Numbered from the stretch's first letter, positions 41,329-49,075 are shown. The stretch: DNA of 64,000 bases from Eledone cirrhosa (GCA_964016885.1 OZ024757.1:20088001-20152000); one strand, 5' to 3'. A program made the numbers and translations. The notes: generated by a model from the sequence alone, not told the origin.

Positions 41329-43473
41329 CTGATGAAATGTTTAAATAGCCTAAAAGCAATGTACCAGATTAATCTTAAAAGGTATTCATAGACAAATACA
41401 GATCTATAGACAGGATGGTGGTGGTGATGGTGGTGATGGGGATGGTGGTGGTGGTGATGGTGGTGATGGGGATGGTGGTGGTGGTGGTGGTGGTGGTGGG
41501 GATGGGGATGGTGGTGGTGATGATGGGGATGGTGGTGGTGGGGTAGAGGGTTAGTGGCATAGTAGTTAGGATGGCTGGTTTACTATTTTAACCCTTTAGC
41601 ATTCACATTATAATAAAGGATAAAAATTCTGTAACTCCTTGTGGAGTCATAGTGGCTCCATTATACAGCATGTCTAGGGCACTTTTAAACCTGACAGAGC
41701 CCCACCCTCTCCAGGTCTGAACACAGCAGATTTTTTTCTATAGAGGAAGAATTGACCCCCAGTACTGGACTGGTACTTTTTTTTTTTTATCGACCTTCAA
41801 AGGATGAAAGGCAAAGTTGACCTCGGCAGGATTTGAACTCTGAATATGCAATGAGGTGGGACAAATACCGTAAAGCATTCCATCCAATGTCTTAACAACT
41901 CTGTCAATTTACTATTATATTTTCACGGCAAAGGCTTTATCTCACCCAGAACATGATGCCAGTCCATTAAAGGGTTAAAGTCTGTCTCGAGACTGGAAGC
42001 TCATCAGTCCACTGCTTATCCCAGTTTCCGTGGTGTGAAATGACGGAGAGTACATGACTACCCCCTGGACAGGATACCAGTCCATTAAAGGGTTAAAGTC
42101 TGTCTCGAGACTGGAAGCTCATCAGTCCACTGCTTATCTCAGTTTCCGTGGTGTGAAACGACTGAGTACATGACTAGCCCCTGGACAGGATACCAGTCCA
42201 TTAAAGGGTTAAAGTCTGTCTCGAGACTGGAAGCTCATCAGTCCACTGCTTATCTCAGTTTCCGTGGTGTGAAACGACTGAGTACATGACTAGCCCCTGG
42301 ACAGGATACCAGTCCATTAAAGGGTTAAAGTCTGTCTCGAGACTGGAAGCTCATCAGTCCACTGCTTATCTCAGTTTCCGTGGTGTAAAACGACTGAGTA
42401 CATGACTAGCCCCTGGACAGGATACCAGTCCATTAAAGGGTTAAAGTCTGTCTCGAGACTGGAAGCTCATCAGTCCACTGCTTATCTCGGTTTCCGTGGT
42501 GTGAAACGACTGAGAGTACATGACTGGCCCCTGGACAGGATACCAGTCCATTAAAGGGTTAAAGTCTGTCTTGAGACTGGAAGCTCATCAGTCCACTGCT
42601 TATCTCGGTTTCCGTGGTGTGAAACGACAGAGTACATGACTGGCAATCCATCACAAGGTTAAACCCCCATCTATTACTGGTACTCATTTTCAGCTGAGTA
42701 TACTAGAGCAATGGGGAAATGAAGTGTTTTGCTCAAGGACACAACACACAACCCAGACCAGGAATGAAACCCACGACATTATGATCCAAAGTCCTACACC
42801 AGATGTTCACAAAATGGGCGGGCTCTACCACCCCGGGAGAGCATTGAGAAGGTCCAGGGGTCACTGGGGTCTAAGAAGGTGGTAGAAATGATATAATAGT
42901 ATATTAAATATCAAATGATATATATTATATATATATAGTAAAATATAAAATATATAATATTTATTTATACATAGTATATACTATATTATTTATTATATAT
43001 AAATTAACGATTTTATTTATTATATATTATTTACAATTTGCATATAGGTAGGTCTCTCTGGAAATAGGGTTGGGGGTCTGATTCTGGCTTGATTTCTACA
43101 GCTGGATGCCCTTCCTAACACCAACCTCATTTACAGTGAGTGCTGGGTGCTTGTTTGCCGTGGCACCTCCACGACCACTCTGCAGTGGAATGATAGGGAC
43201 CCCAGTACCTATCATCTCATTTCTACAGCCGAGTAAACTGGAGCAATGTGAAATAAAGTGTCTTGCTCAAGGAAACAACACATCACCCAGTCTGAGAATT
43301 GAACTCACAACCTTTCGATTGCAAGGCCAATGCTCTAACCTCTAAGCCATGTGTATGCATATGTGTGAATCCTAGGTTAACTCGAGGTTAATCAGTGTGT
43401 GTCTTTATTCATAAAAATATATATACATATATACAATCACACACACATATGCATATATGATATCACATACACA

Positions 43474-43516
<43 letters not shown>

Positions 43517-46235
43517 TTCTTTTACACAGGTCTTTGTGTTTTTTTCTTTGTATTTTTTGTCCATTACTTGTTTTAGCTGAGTCATAACAAAGCTAGTGTA
43601 CGTGTGTGTGTGTATGTGTGTACGTGTGTGTATGTGTGTATGGGTTTATGTGTGAGTATGTATGTTTATAAATGTGTGTATGTGTGTGAGTATGTATGTT
43701 TTTATATGTGTGTATGTTTGTGAGTATGTATGTTTATATATGTGTGTATGTTTGTGTATGTGTGTGTAAGAGAGAGAGAAAGGCACTCAGAACACATCCC
43801 TGTATGGGGTGGGGGTAGTCTTAGGTTGTCATATTTAAAATTCCTGCCCCAAAGGCAGGACTAAGGGGCCAGGGAAAGTTTCACAGCTTAAACAACATTA
43901 TAGTATATGAAATGATGAAATGAAACAATAAAAATAAATGTGATCTACACCTCACACCTATGATGCTTTACCTGGCTGAGTTTGTATCTCGTAAGAGGGT
44001 TCTCAGGTGTTTTAACAACAGGGGGCCCCTGTCCTGTCATGCTATTGTTACAGCTCACACCTCTGTAGGTTTAGCTGGTCTCATATGAGATTGTTTGTCA
44101 TAGAAGATTTCTCGGGTCTTTTAATGATAGGGGCCCCAGTCCTATCATGTTATTACAGCTCCAACCTATGAAGGTTTACCTGGCTGAGTTTGTATCTCTT
44201 AAGAGGTTTCCCAAGTGTTTTAATGATAGGCGCTCTTGTCCTATCATGTAAGTTTACCTGGCTGAGTTTGTATCTTATAAGAGGTTTCTCAGGTGTTTTA
44301 ATGATAGGGGCCTCTGTCCTATTACGTAGGTTTGCCTGGCTGAGTTTGTATCTTGTAAGAGGTTTCCCAGGTGTTTTAATGACAGGGGACCCCCAGTCTA
44401 TCATGTTATTACAGCTCCAACCTATGAAGGTTTACCTGGCTGAGTTTGTATCTCTTAAGAGGTTTCCAAGGTGTTTTAATGATAGGGGCCTCTGTAGGTT
44501 TACCTGGCTGAGTTTGTATCCTGTAAGAGGTTTCCCAGGTGTTTTAATGACAGGGGACCCCAGTCTATCATGTTATTACAGCTCCAACCTATGAAGGTTT
44601 ACCTGGCTGAGTTTGTATCTCTTAAGAGGTTTCCAAGGTGTTTTAATGATAAGGGCCCCTGTCCTATCATGTAGGTTTACCTGACTGCGTTTGTATCTCG
44701 TAAGAGGATTGATAGGGGCCCCTGTCCTATCATGTAGGTTTACATGGCTGAGTTTGTATCTCGTAAGAGATTTCCCAGGTGTTTTAATGATAGGGGCCCC
44801 TGTTCTATCATGTAGGTTTACCTGGCTGAGTTTGTATCTCGTAAGAGGTTTCTCACGTGTTTTAATGATAGGGGCCTCTGTTCTATCATGTAGGTTTACC
44901 TGGCTGAGTTTGTATCTCGTAAGAGGTTTCTCACGTGTTTTAATGATAGGGGCCTCTGTTCTATCATGTAGGTTTACCTGGCTGAGTTTGTATCTCGTAA
45001 GAGGTTTCTCACGTGTTTTAATGATAGGGGCCTCTGTTCTATCATGTAGGTTTACCTGGCTGAGTTTGTATCTCTTAAGAGGTTTCTCAGGTGTTTTAAT
45101 GATAGGGGCCCCTGTTCTATCATGTAGGTTTACCTGGCTGAGTTTGTATCTCGTAAGAGATTTCCCAGGTGTTTTAATGATAGGGGCCTCTGTCCTATCA
45201 CGGAGGTTTGCCTGGCTGAGTTTTTATCTTGTAAGAGGTTTCTCAGGTGTTTTAATGATAGGGGCCCCCCCAGTCCTATCATGTTATTACAGTTCCAACC
45301 TATGAAGGTTTATCTGGCTAAGTTTGTATCCTGTGTTAATGACAGGGGACCCTTTCCTATCATGTTACAGCTCCAACTTCTGTAGGTTTACCTGGCTGAG
45401 TTTGTATCTTGTAAGAGTTTTATCAGGTGTTTTAATGACAGGGGACCCCACCAGTCCTATCATGTAGGTTTACCTGGCTGAATTTGTATCTTGTAAGAGT
45501 TTTCTCAGGTGTTTTAATGACAGGGGACCCCACCAGTCCTATCATGTAGGTTTACCTGGCTGAGTTTGTATCTTGTAAGAGTTTTCTCAGGTGTTTTAAT
45601 GACAGGGGATCCCACCAGTCCCATCACCTGGCTGAGATTGTATCTTGTAAGAAGTGTTTCAGGTGATTTAATGATTGGGGGCCTTGTCCTATCATGTTGT
45701 TACAGCTCACACCTATGAAGATTTAGCCAGTCTCATTCGAGATTGTTTCTCATTGAAGATTTCTCAGGTATTTTAATAATAGGACCTCCAGTTCTATCAT
45801 GTTGTTGTTACACCTCACATATATGCAAATTCAGCTAGCTTCCTACACACACACACATATGGGTGGTTTAGTGACAGGGCCCCCAGTCCTATCATGTTAT
45901 TACAGCTCCAACTTATGTAGGTTTAGCTGGGCTCCTACGGGGTTGTCCTGTGTGTATGCGTGCACATGCTTCGGTGTGTACGTATGAATGTCTGTATGTG
46001 TGTATATGTGTACGTGTGTGTATAAATATGTAAGTGCTCTCCCACCCCATAAACATACATATGTTATATATATATATATATACATGTATATGTATATGTA
46101 TGTAGGAGGTGAGTTTTATTGTAGTACAATAAAGCAATGCAGATATTGTATATGTATGTATATATGTATACATATATGTGTATATATATATATATATATA
46201 TACATGTATATATACATGTATATATGTATGTATAC

Positions 46236-46281
<46 letters not shown>

Positions 46282-46532
46282 ACATGTATATATATATGTA
46301 TTTATATATGTATGTATACATATGTGTATATATATATGTATGTATACATATATGTGTGTATACATATATGTATATACATATATATGTATGTATACATATA
46401 TATGTATATACATATATATATGTATGTATACATATATGTGTATATACATAAATATATGTATGTATACATATATGTGTATATACATATATATATGTATACA
46501 TATATGTGTATATACATATATGTGTATATACA

Positions 46533-46591
<59 letters not shown>

Positions 46592-46852
46592 ACATATATA
46601 TGTATACATATATATGTATATATATATATATGTGTGTGTATATATATATATATGCATACATATATATGTATATATATATGTGCGTATATATACTCATATG
46701 AAATAAGACAGCCAACTATCCACACAATACAACATAGTTAGCACCCCAAACGTTTAATTGGGATATACTCCGGTATTTCCTAATGTTTGTTGAGTGGGTT
46801 GGAATTTGGCCGGAGTATCGCTTTTAGCTTTCTCCAATTATATATATATATA

Positions 46853-46887
<35 letters not shown>

Positions 46888-48359
46888 CATCATCATTATC
46901 ATCATCATCGTTTAACGTCCATCTTCCACGCTTGCATGAGTTTGGACGGGAGTTTTCCCACTTGAGGCAAGAGTGGTTGTCTTGCTCGCATAGGATTGTC
47001 TGGCGGGTTTTCTACTGCTGGATGCCCTTCCTAACACCAACCACATTTACAGTGTGGGACTGGGAGGTTTTTACCGTGTTACCTACACGGCCACATTACA
47101 GCGTGGACTGTCTGGCGGGTTTTCTACGGCTGGATCCCCTTCCTAACACCAACCACGTTTACAGTGTGGGGCTGGGAGGTTTTTTCCGTTTTACCTACAC
47201 GGCCACATTACAGCGTGGACTGTCTGGTGGGTTTTCTACGGCTGGATGCCCTTCCTAACACCAACCACGTTTACAGTGTTGACTGGGAGGTTTTTACCGT
47301 GTTACCTACACGGCCACATTACAGCGTGGACTGTCTGGTGGGTTTTCTATGGCTGGATGCCCTTCCTAACACCAACCACATTTACAGTGTGGACTGGGAG
47401 GTTTTTACCGTGTTACCTACACGGCCACATTACAGCGTTGACTGCGTGTTTTTTTTGTCGTGACACCTACATGACCTCATTTGTTTCGGACTCGATGTTG
47501 TGGTACCAACATAACTTTACATAGGAAAGGGTGGTGTGGATGTGGTGGGGGTGGTGGGACGGGGGTGTATTTTGTTAGAGGTGCCTACTGACTGTAGGTT
47601 TCGCTTTGTACTTAGACAAGGCGGGTCTTCTGTATTACTGTGTAGCGCCAAAGATCTCGGTCTAGTGACATTGTCTTGGAGAGGTGTAAGTGTGTGAGGT
47701 CTATATATATATATATATACATATAATTAAAAGTTTAACAAGGTTCAATGAATTCATCAATGAATAAAGTTTCACAATAGATTAGAAGCAATAGATTAGG
47801 TATGCATATATTATTATTATTTAAATTTTTAACAGTTATATAAGTTTATGTATTATATATTATTAGTTATTTATATATCTTTTTACACATTCTCATACGC
47901 ACCCTCTGTATTATATGTAATTTTTCATGTTTAAACTTAAGGTATATAAATATCGAGTTTTGTCATAACTAATCACTGCCATGACTAAATTATAACCATC
48001 AATATAGTCAAGGTATGTCAAGCATCAACTTATTTTATCTGATGAGGACGTACTGTTGAAATAGCTCAGAACCTCTGAAATATGTATAATAAAATATATT
48101 TGATCACATGAATGTCTATATTTATTAATATTTTGAAGTAATATATATACATATATATATATATAGGAAAAAGTATGACCCCGACGGCAGAGCTCAAGCC
48201 GTTTCGACGGCTATTTCTGGACGAAATAGCCGTCGAAATGGCTTGAGCTCTGCCGTCGAGGTCATACTTTTTCCTATTTCCCACTCTACTACCCTAAGTA
48301 TTGAGTACTCTGGTGCGTTATGGTCCATCTGGTTCCTTACCACAATTCCTTTGTTACAC

Positions 48360-48422
<63 letters not shown>

Positions 48423-48567
48423 CACAGGTGTGTTGGTATGAAGACAACTGCCTATATATAGCAACAATCTACTTACATATCTTAACAATACATTGGAATT
48501 TCTACAGGCCAAACAATACCAGGCTCTTGAAAAGAACTTGAAAGACTGCAAAGAAACCAACCTGAAG
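1158..48567 (+). CDS. CCDC180: CCDC180-like coiled-coil protein gene (DUF4455 region), partial; join of 15-16 exons
   Basis: Fifteen exons with AG/GT boundaries chain in consistent phase with no stop codon (1708 nt). The translation includes [80 protein letters not shown] and YINFH..YPAMV, matching my recollection of the CCDC180/DUF4455 motif order. The 5' and 3' ends were not found. Confidence 0.85.
2820..3157 (+). mobile_element. tRNA-derived CORE-like SINE, full length
   Basis: A box tggcttagtgg, B box gagttcaattc, CORE-like tccttgagcaagacacttta, RTE-derived tail and (TGA)n. Confidence 0.8.
3165..4285. mobile_element. Cluster of Meta-domain-like tRNA SINEs around two exons
   Basis: gagttcaaatcc B box plus gcctttcatccttacggggtcgataaaataaagtaccag; copies at 3165-3360, 3590-3775, 3786-3905 (+) and 4095-4285 (-); also 452-605, 7728-7905, 24480-24600, 34754-34870, 41750-41910. 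Confidence 0.72.
3477..3543 (+). CDS. CCDC180: CCDC180-like exon ([22 protein letters not shown])
   Basis: Pyrimidine tract ending ttctag|, donor ca|gtaaga, phase 1 to 2, bridges the flanking exons exactly. Confidence 0.8.
4324..4375 (+). CDS. CCDC180: CCDC180-like exon ([17 protein letters not shown])
   Basis: tttctgtttcag| acceptor, tcg|gtaagt donor, phase 2 to 0. Confidence 0.85.
4801..4841 (+). ncRNA. Type I hammerhead ribozyme motif (minimal, Penelope-type)
   Basis: ccgag-CTGAAGA-tcc acataa ggt-GAAA-caattg-TT-cttgg: 5-bp helix I, palindromic helix III ACAATTGT, GUU site; lies in a fold-back at about 4749-4873. Confidence 0.7.
5435..6143 (-). mobile_element. Non-autonomous Helitron
   Basis: Reverse-strand 3' end: hairpin cccgtgcaacgccggg then CTAG|T at 5435-5438; internal (CAGA)n; 5' boundary uncertain. 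Confidence 0.65.
6487..6522 (+). ncRNA. Type I hammerhead ribozyme motif (minimal)
   Basis: tctt-CTGATGA-c ggac tagc gtcc-GAAA-cg-TT-aaga: helix I tctt/aaga, 4-bp helix II, ACGT palindromic helix III. Confidence 0.75.
6707..7371. mobile_element. piggyBac-like MITE containing a 72-bp tandem array
   Basis: TTAA|CCCTTT...AAAGGG|TTAA ends; related copies at 16605-16828, 32204-33365, 40475-41050, 41589-41976 and 49140-50064. Confidence 0.65.
7545..7649 (+). CDS. CCDC180: CCDC180-like exon ([13 protein letters not shown]...KDPKQ)
   Basis: tttaatag| acceptor, cag|gtaata donor, 105 nt, phase 0 to 0. Confidence 0.85.
7905..9115 (+). mobile_element. CR1-type LINE 3' fragment with 61-bp and about 116-bp tandem amplifications
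   Basis: [26 protein letters not shown]; other fragments at 14225-14415 (-), 14760-15198 (+) and 34888-35092 (-). Confidence 0.8.
9166..9300 (+). CDS. CCDC180: CCDC180-like exon ([12 protein letters not shown]...SRISQ)
   Basis: ttttatttcag| acceptor, cag|gtattt donor, 135 nt. Confidence 0.85.
9636..9957 (-). mobile_element. tRNA-derived CORE-like SINE (other - copies at 33515-33803 and 43078-43352; variants at 1745-1980, 2360-2590, 4885-5107, 35218-35437)
   Basis: Reverse complement of the 2820 family. Confidence 0.78.
10639..10990 (+). mobile_element. tRNA-derived CORE-like SINE
   Basis: Near-identical to 2820-3157. Confidence 0.8.
11193..12965. repeat. 82-bp tandem array, about 21.5 copies
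   Basis: Unit tcattaaaacacctgagcaacctcctatgaaatacaaccttgtaggacgccagttaaccctacaaagatgtgagaccctgta. Confidence 0.95.
13077..13172 (+). CDS. CCDC180: CCDC180-like exon ([32 protein letters not shown])
   Basis: ttttccag| acceptor, cag|gtatgg donor, 96 nt. Confidence 0.88.
13405..13665 (+). mobile_element. CORE-like SINE variant with an alternative 3' tail ending (AAC)n
   Basis: Same head and core; tail tcattaaatcacc..gccagctaaacctgcataggtgtgagctgtaacaac. Confidence 0.7.
13914..14077 (+). CDS. CCDC180: CCDC180-like exon ([10 protein letters not shown]...EVIDRF)
   Basis: tctttcag| acceptor, ag|gtgggt donor, phase 0 to 2. Confidence 0.88.
15332..15451 (+). CDS. CCDC180: CCDC180-like exon ([15 protein letters not shown]...RLGSL)
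   Basis: ttctgcag| acceptor, weak donor aa|gtattc, phase 2 to 2 fits both neighbours. Confidence 0.8.
15660..16590 (-). mobile_element. RTE LINE 3' fragment with internal 123-bp tandem array (about 5.5 copies)
   Basis: Repeated peptide [31 protein letters not shown], then a GRP-like segment and (GAT)n tail. Confidence 0.75.
16866..16945 (+). CDS. CCDC180: CCDC180-like exon ([26 protein letters not shown])
   Basis: catatag| acceptor, t|gtgagt donor, phase 2 to 1. Confidence 0.85.
17302..17822 (-). mobile_element. Bipartite non-autonomous RTE-derived element, second copy
   Basis: Reverse complement of 625-1118 with about 40 extra 5' bases. Confidence 0.65.
17959..18029 (-). ncRNA. Type I hammerhead ribozyme motif in a fold-back element
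   Basis: Reverse strand reads tcat-CTGATGA-...agctggacg...cgtctagtt...-GAAA-cc ttt gg-TA-atgga. Confidence 0.6.
18198..18392 (+). mobile_element. Fold-back PLE-terminus family 2 (related copies at 17865-18110 and 29190-29435)
   Basis: Near-perfect palindrome with GAAAcc..ggTA half-hammerhead and shared tail agctctgt..catagagcactctt, next to (TA)n. Confidence 0.6.
18417..18853 (+). mobile_element. RTE-clade LINE 3' fragment
   Basis: [36 protein letters not shown], ending in a (TGA)n tail. Confidence 0.85.
19096..19445 (+). mobile_element. Penelope-like element GIY-YIG endonuclease C-terminal fragment
   Basis: Translation [50 protein letters not shown] fits a C-terminal PLE GIY-YIG domain; ends in (TA)n. 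Confidence 0.75.
19650..20185. repeat. 48-bp tandem array, about 11 copies
   Basis: Unit tttacagagtgtactgggtgtattttatcatggctgcagcactaccac. Confidence 0.9.
20246..20334 (+). CDS. CCDC180: CCDC180-like exon ([29 protein letters not shown])
   Basis: attcag| acceptor, gag|gtaatc donor, phase 1 to 0. Confidence 0.85.
20380..21100 (+). mobile_element. Tandem Meta-domain-like SINEs (about 4 head-to-tail copies)
   Basis: Repeated units of about 190 bp carrying the B box and Meta-like core. Confidence 0.75.
21325..21790. repeat. Pyrimidine-rich minisatellite, unit about 20 bp
   Basis: (ggtcctttgccttacccc..)n, abutting the acceptor at 21798. Confidence 0.9.
21799..21921 (+). CDS. CCDC180: CCDC180-like exon ([13 protein letters not shown]...LTTLD)
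   Basis: ctctccacag| acceptor, gat|gtaagt donor, 123 nt. Confidence 0.85.
22070..24172. repeat. Tandem array, unit about 70 bp, about 29 copies
   Basis: Unit catgtctgcaccagctcagtcttctctcctacacactacatatgctacaaatctgtcatacatcatacata. Confidence 0.95.
24231..24404 (+). CDS. CCDC180: CCDC180-like exon ([12 protein letters not shown]...NEDSR)
   Basis: cattttag| acceptor, cga|gtaagt donor, 174 nt. Confidence 0.87.
24670..25495. mobile_element. MITE-like inverted-repeat element interrupted by an RTE LINE
   Basis: Inverted arms at 25205-25270 and 25340-25410, and at 24670-24738 and 25418-25490; partial relative at 10400-10620. Confidence 0.5.
24745..25200 (-). mobile_element. RTE-clade LINE 3' fragment
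   Basis: [31 protein letters not shown]. Confidence 0.85.
25552..25988. repeat. (TA)n tract punctuated by CATG
   Basis: Direct reading. Confidence 0.95.
25989..27870. repeat. 17-18 bp minisatellite, roughly 110 copies
   Basis: (gacgttagccatgtggK)n. Confidence 0.95.
27914..28029 (+). CDS. CCDC180: CCDC180-like exon ([17 protein letters not shown]...KLKN)
   Basis: tttcctttgaaag| acceptor, ag|gtaaga donor, phase 0 to 2. Confidence 0.87.
28197..28581 (+). mobile_element. Helitron RepHel (PIF1-like helicase) C-terminal remnant
   Basis: [36 protein letters not shown] (helicase motifs V and VI, in-frame stop); possible CTAG end at 28578-28581. Not listed in the ORF track. Confidence 0.8.
28640..28711 (-). 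ncRNA. Type I hammerhead ribozyme motif with canonical core and closed helix III
   Basis: Reverse strand reads cca-CTGATGA-gcaa...ttgc-GAAA-cag catcaccaaaat ctg-TC-tgg: G10.1-C11.1 pair, GUC site. Confidence 0.8.
28846..29190 (+). mobile_element. tRNA-derived CORE-like SINE
   Basis: Near-identical to 2820-3157. Confidence 0.8.
29476..29522 (-). ncRNA. Type I hammerhead ribozyme motif
   Basis: Reverse strand reads cttc-CTGAAGA-tttcatctgaat-GAAA-cag tactagtc ctg-TA-gatg; a related copy lies at 36529-36572. Confidence 0.6.
29729..29768 (-). ncRNA. Hammerhead ribozyme motif with U3/A8 core variant
   Basis: Reverse strand reads gccc-TTGAGAA-gccc agct gggc-GAAA-cgtacg-TA-ggtgc. Confidence 0.65.
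29817..30312. repeat. 124-bp tandem array, 4 copies, of a PLE-like 3' tail
   Basis: Units begin gctgttttaaataaac at 29817, 29941, 30065 and 30189, directly after GAAAcgtacgTA. Confidence 0.85.
30563..30629 (-). ncRNA. Type I hammerhead ribozyme motif (left arm of inverted repeat)
   Basis: Inverted copy of 30892-30958. Confidence 0.72.
30892..30958 (+). ncRNA. Type I hammerhead ribozyme motif (right arm of inverted repeat)
   Basis: ttttat-CTGATGA-aaacacaaatatta...tgatatttgttttc-GAAA-tgcgca-TA-ataaaa: 6-bp helix I, long helix II, palindromic helix III ATGCGCAT. Confidence 0.75.
31431..31551 (+). CDS. CCDC180: CCDC180-like exon ([20 protein letters not shown]...KKCN)
   Basis: ttcttccctag| acceptor, aat|gtaagt donor, phase 2 to 0. 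Confidence 0.87.
31597..32200. repeat. 48-bp tandem array, about 12.5 copies
   Basis: Unit ggactgggtgctttttgtcgtgtcaccaacacgaccaccttacgaggt. Confidence 0.9.
32345..33243 (+). mobile_element. RTE-clade LINE 3' fragment with long 3'UTR (decayed)
   Basis: [30 protein letters not shown] with a stop and a frameshift; (GAT)n tail; inserted inside a MITE. Confidence 0.85.
34032..34202 (+). CDS. CCDC180: CCDC180-like exon ([11 protein letters not shown]...EDYRIL), low-conservation linker
   Basis: attttcaag| acceptor, ctg|gtaagt donor, 171 nt, phase 0 to 0. Confidence 0.75.
34228..34745. repeat. 30-bp higher-order TA/CA microsatellite
   Basis: (acacatacatatgtatatatatacatatat)n. Confidence 0.9.
36064..36095 (+). 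ncRNA. Type I hammerhead ribozyme motif (minimal, helix I degraded)
   Basis: ac-CTGAAGA-a gggc ttat gccc-GAAA-cg-TC-gt, followed by aataaa and a pyrimidine tail running into (TA)n. Confidence 0.65.
36529..36572 (-). ncRNA. Isolated hammerhead core between two (TA)n tracts
   Basis: Reverse strand reads CTGATGA-tttctttctaat-GAAA-cag ttctagtc ctg-TA-gaagc; the helix I 5' strand is lost and helix II is weak. Confidence 0.5.
36590..37412 (-). mobile_element. RTE-clade LINE 3' fragment
   Basis: [26 protein letters not shown] plus the same type of 3'UTR and (GAT)n tail; 3'UTR-only relatives at 46888-47700 and 50390-50878. Confidence 0.85.
37472..37535 (-). ncRNA. Type I hammerhead ribozyme motif (left arm of palindrome)
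   Basis: Inverted copy of 37655-37718. Confidence 0.72.
37655..37718 (+). ncRNA. Type I hammerhead ribozyme motif (right arm of palindrome)
   Basis: attttat-CTGACGA-aggcatgccatatt ttt aatatggtatcccc-GAAA-tatgta-TA-atgaaat: 7-bp helix I, about 12-bp helix II. Confidence 0.75.
38407..39582 (-). CDS. Arrestin domain-containing protein (alpha-arrestin, ARRDC-like), intronless, 391 aa
   Basis: Uninterrupted ORF with first ATG at 39582 (MDSSVKQF). Arrestin-N motifs [16 protein letters not shown] and [32 protein letters not shown]; arrestin-C motifs [21 protein letters not shown] and PIMIG. Confidence 0.92.
   Translation of the reverse strand: MDSSVKQFTINLEHDIDEHYQYQPGEILRGSIHISLLSPTLLRTIVISVLGEGRVCWEDNQQQNQASEIYMDASKMILDTKNLEPLSLNSGPHDFPFDYQLPYNLPSSFIGKYGNVTYVLKAIITGDRVGETNITSEPFLIVRPSPLPAALLKPTNIIQRKKAWKGCSFGKILIDMTIKKSGLVPGEDILIDADITNRSPKLIHAIQAALLMNSTYHAQKKSIDFRQIVNKRRDDYEMGYCEGRKWRNVRLSVPPYIPESNLDYCDLIEVEYSFQFKLEMSDGSEIRAETPIMIGMKPLGLEVPENAQEREKAQLRNARWMRNTERNVLGNDDFVHEDEILTELNHKMNSWHVGGAEITQVERKMVNPLFDQTEDSEPNKDEEETMEMSRL
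40490..40990. repeat. 44-bp tandem array inside a MITE
   Basis: Unit ctgttcaaaccggccataaccagccagaattctctcacctcttt. Confidence 0.9.
41959..42645. repeat. 116-bp tandem array, about 6 copies, of a SINE 3' end
   Basis: Continues into a - strand CORE-like SINE at 42650-42800. Confidence 0.85.
43965..45935. repeat. Degenerate tandem array, unit 78-105 bp
   Basis: Core tttacctggctgagtttgtatctcgtaagaggtttctcaggtgttttaatgataggggcc. Confidence 0.9.
46066..46695. repeat. Compound (TA)n/(TATG)n microsatellite
   Basis: Direct reading. Confidence 0.9.
48032..48095 (+). ncRNA. Type I hammerhead ribozyme motif (same family as 37655)
   Basis: attttat-CTGATGA-gga...tct-GAAA-tatgta-TA-ataaaat: perfect 7-bp helix I, degenerate helix II. 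Confidence 0.6.
48165..48358 (+). mobile_element. Short fold-back PLE-terminus family (other copies at 5343-5425, 6193-6400, 19457-19580, 31235-31370, 50095-50130)
   Basis: Inverted arms carry GAAA-cggc..gccg-TC (3' half of a hammerhead) and a shared tail ctaccctaagtatYgagtactctggtgcgttatggtccacctggt; copies are typically next to (TA)n. Confidence 0.65.
48508..48567 (+). CDS. Probable further CCDC180-like exon ([20 protein letters not shown])
   Basis: tttctacag| acceptor, aag|gtgggg donor, 60 nt, phase 0 to 0, coiled-coil-like peptide in a unique-sequence island; no homology check possible. Confidence 0.5.
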
Positions 48568-48675
48568 GTGGGGGCGGGATAATCTTTCTTTTTCTCTCTA
48601 GGCTTTTTCTTCTTCTTCCTACTACTTTCAGTTAAAGTTAAAGCAATGTTGTCTCTGATCAAGCCTTTAACATTA

Positions 48676-49075
48676 GGAAGCACCTGGTTTAGTGGTTAGA
48701 GCATTGGCCTTGCAATCAAAAGGTTCTGAGTTCAATTCTCAGACCGGGTGATGTGTTGTTTCCTTGAGCAAGACATTTTATTTCACATTGCTCCAGTTTA
48801 CTCAGCTGTAGAAATGAGATGATAGGGACTGGGGTCCCTATCATTCCACTGCAAAGTGGTCATTGAGGTGCCACTGCAAAAAAGCACCCAGCACTCACTG
48901 TAAAGTGGTCATCTAGGCACCACGAAAAAAAAAGCACCCAGCCCACACTGTAAATGAGGTTGGTGTTAGGAAGGGCATCCAGCTGTGGAAATCAAGGCAG
49001 AATCAGTTCCCGTCCCACCCTTGCAAGCAGGGAAAAGCTGATGTAAAATGATGATGATGATGATGATGATGATGA
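48676..49075 (+). mobile_element. tRNA-derived CORE-like SINE
   Basis: Same family, with one extra 48-bp module. Confidence 0.8.

Noticed and set aside
41959-42645. CTGATGAG on the - strand in each 116-bp unit, suggesting a tandem hammerhead array
   Set aside because: It is followed by GAGAC rather than GAAAC, helices II and III are unconvincing, and the unit is continuous with a SINE 3' end.
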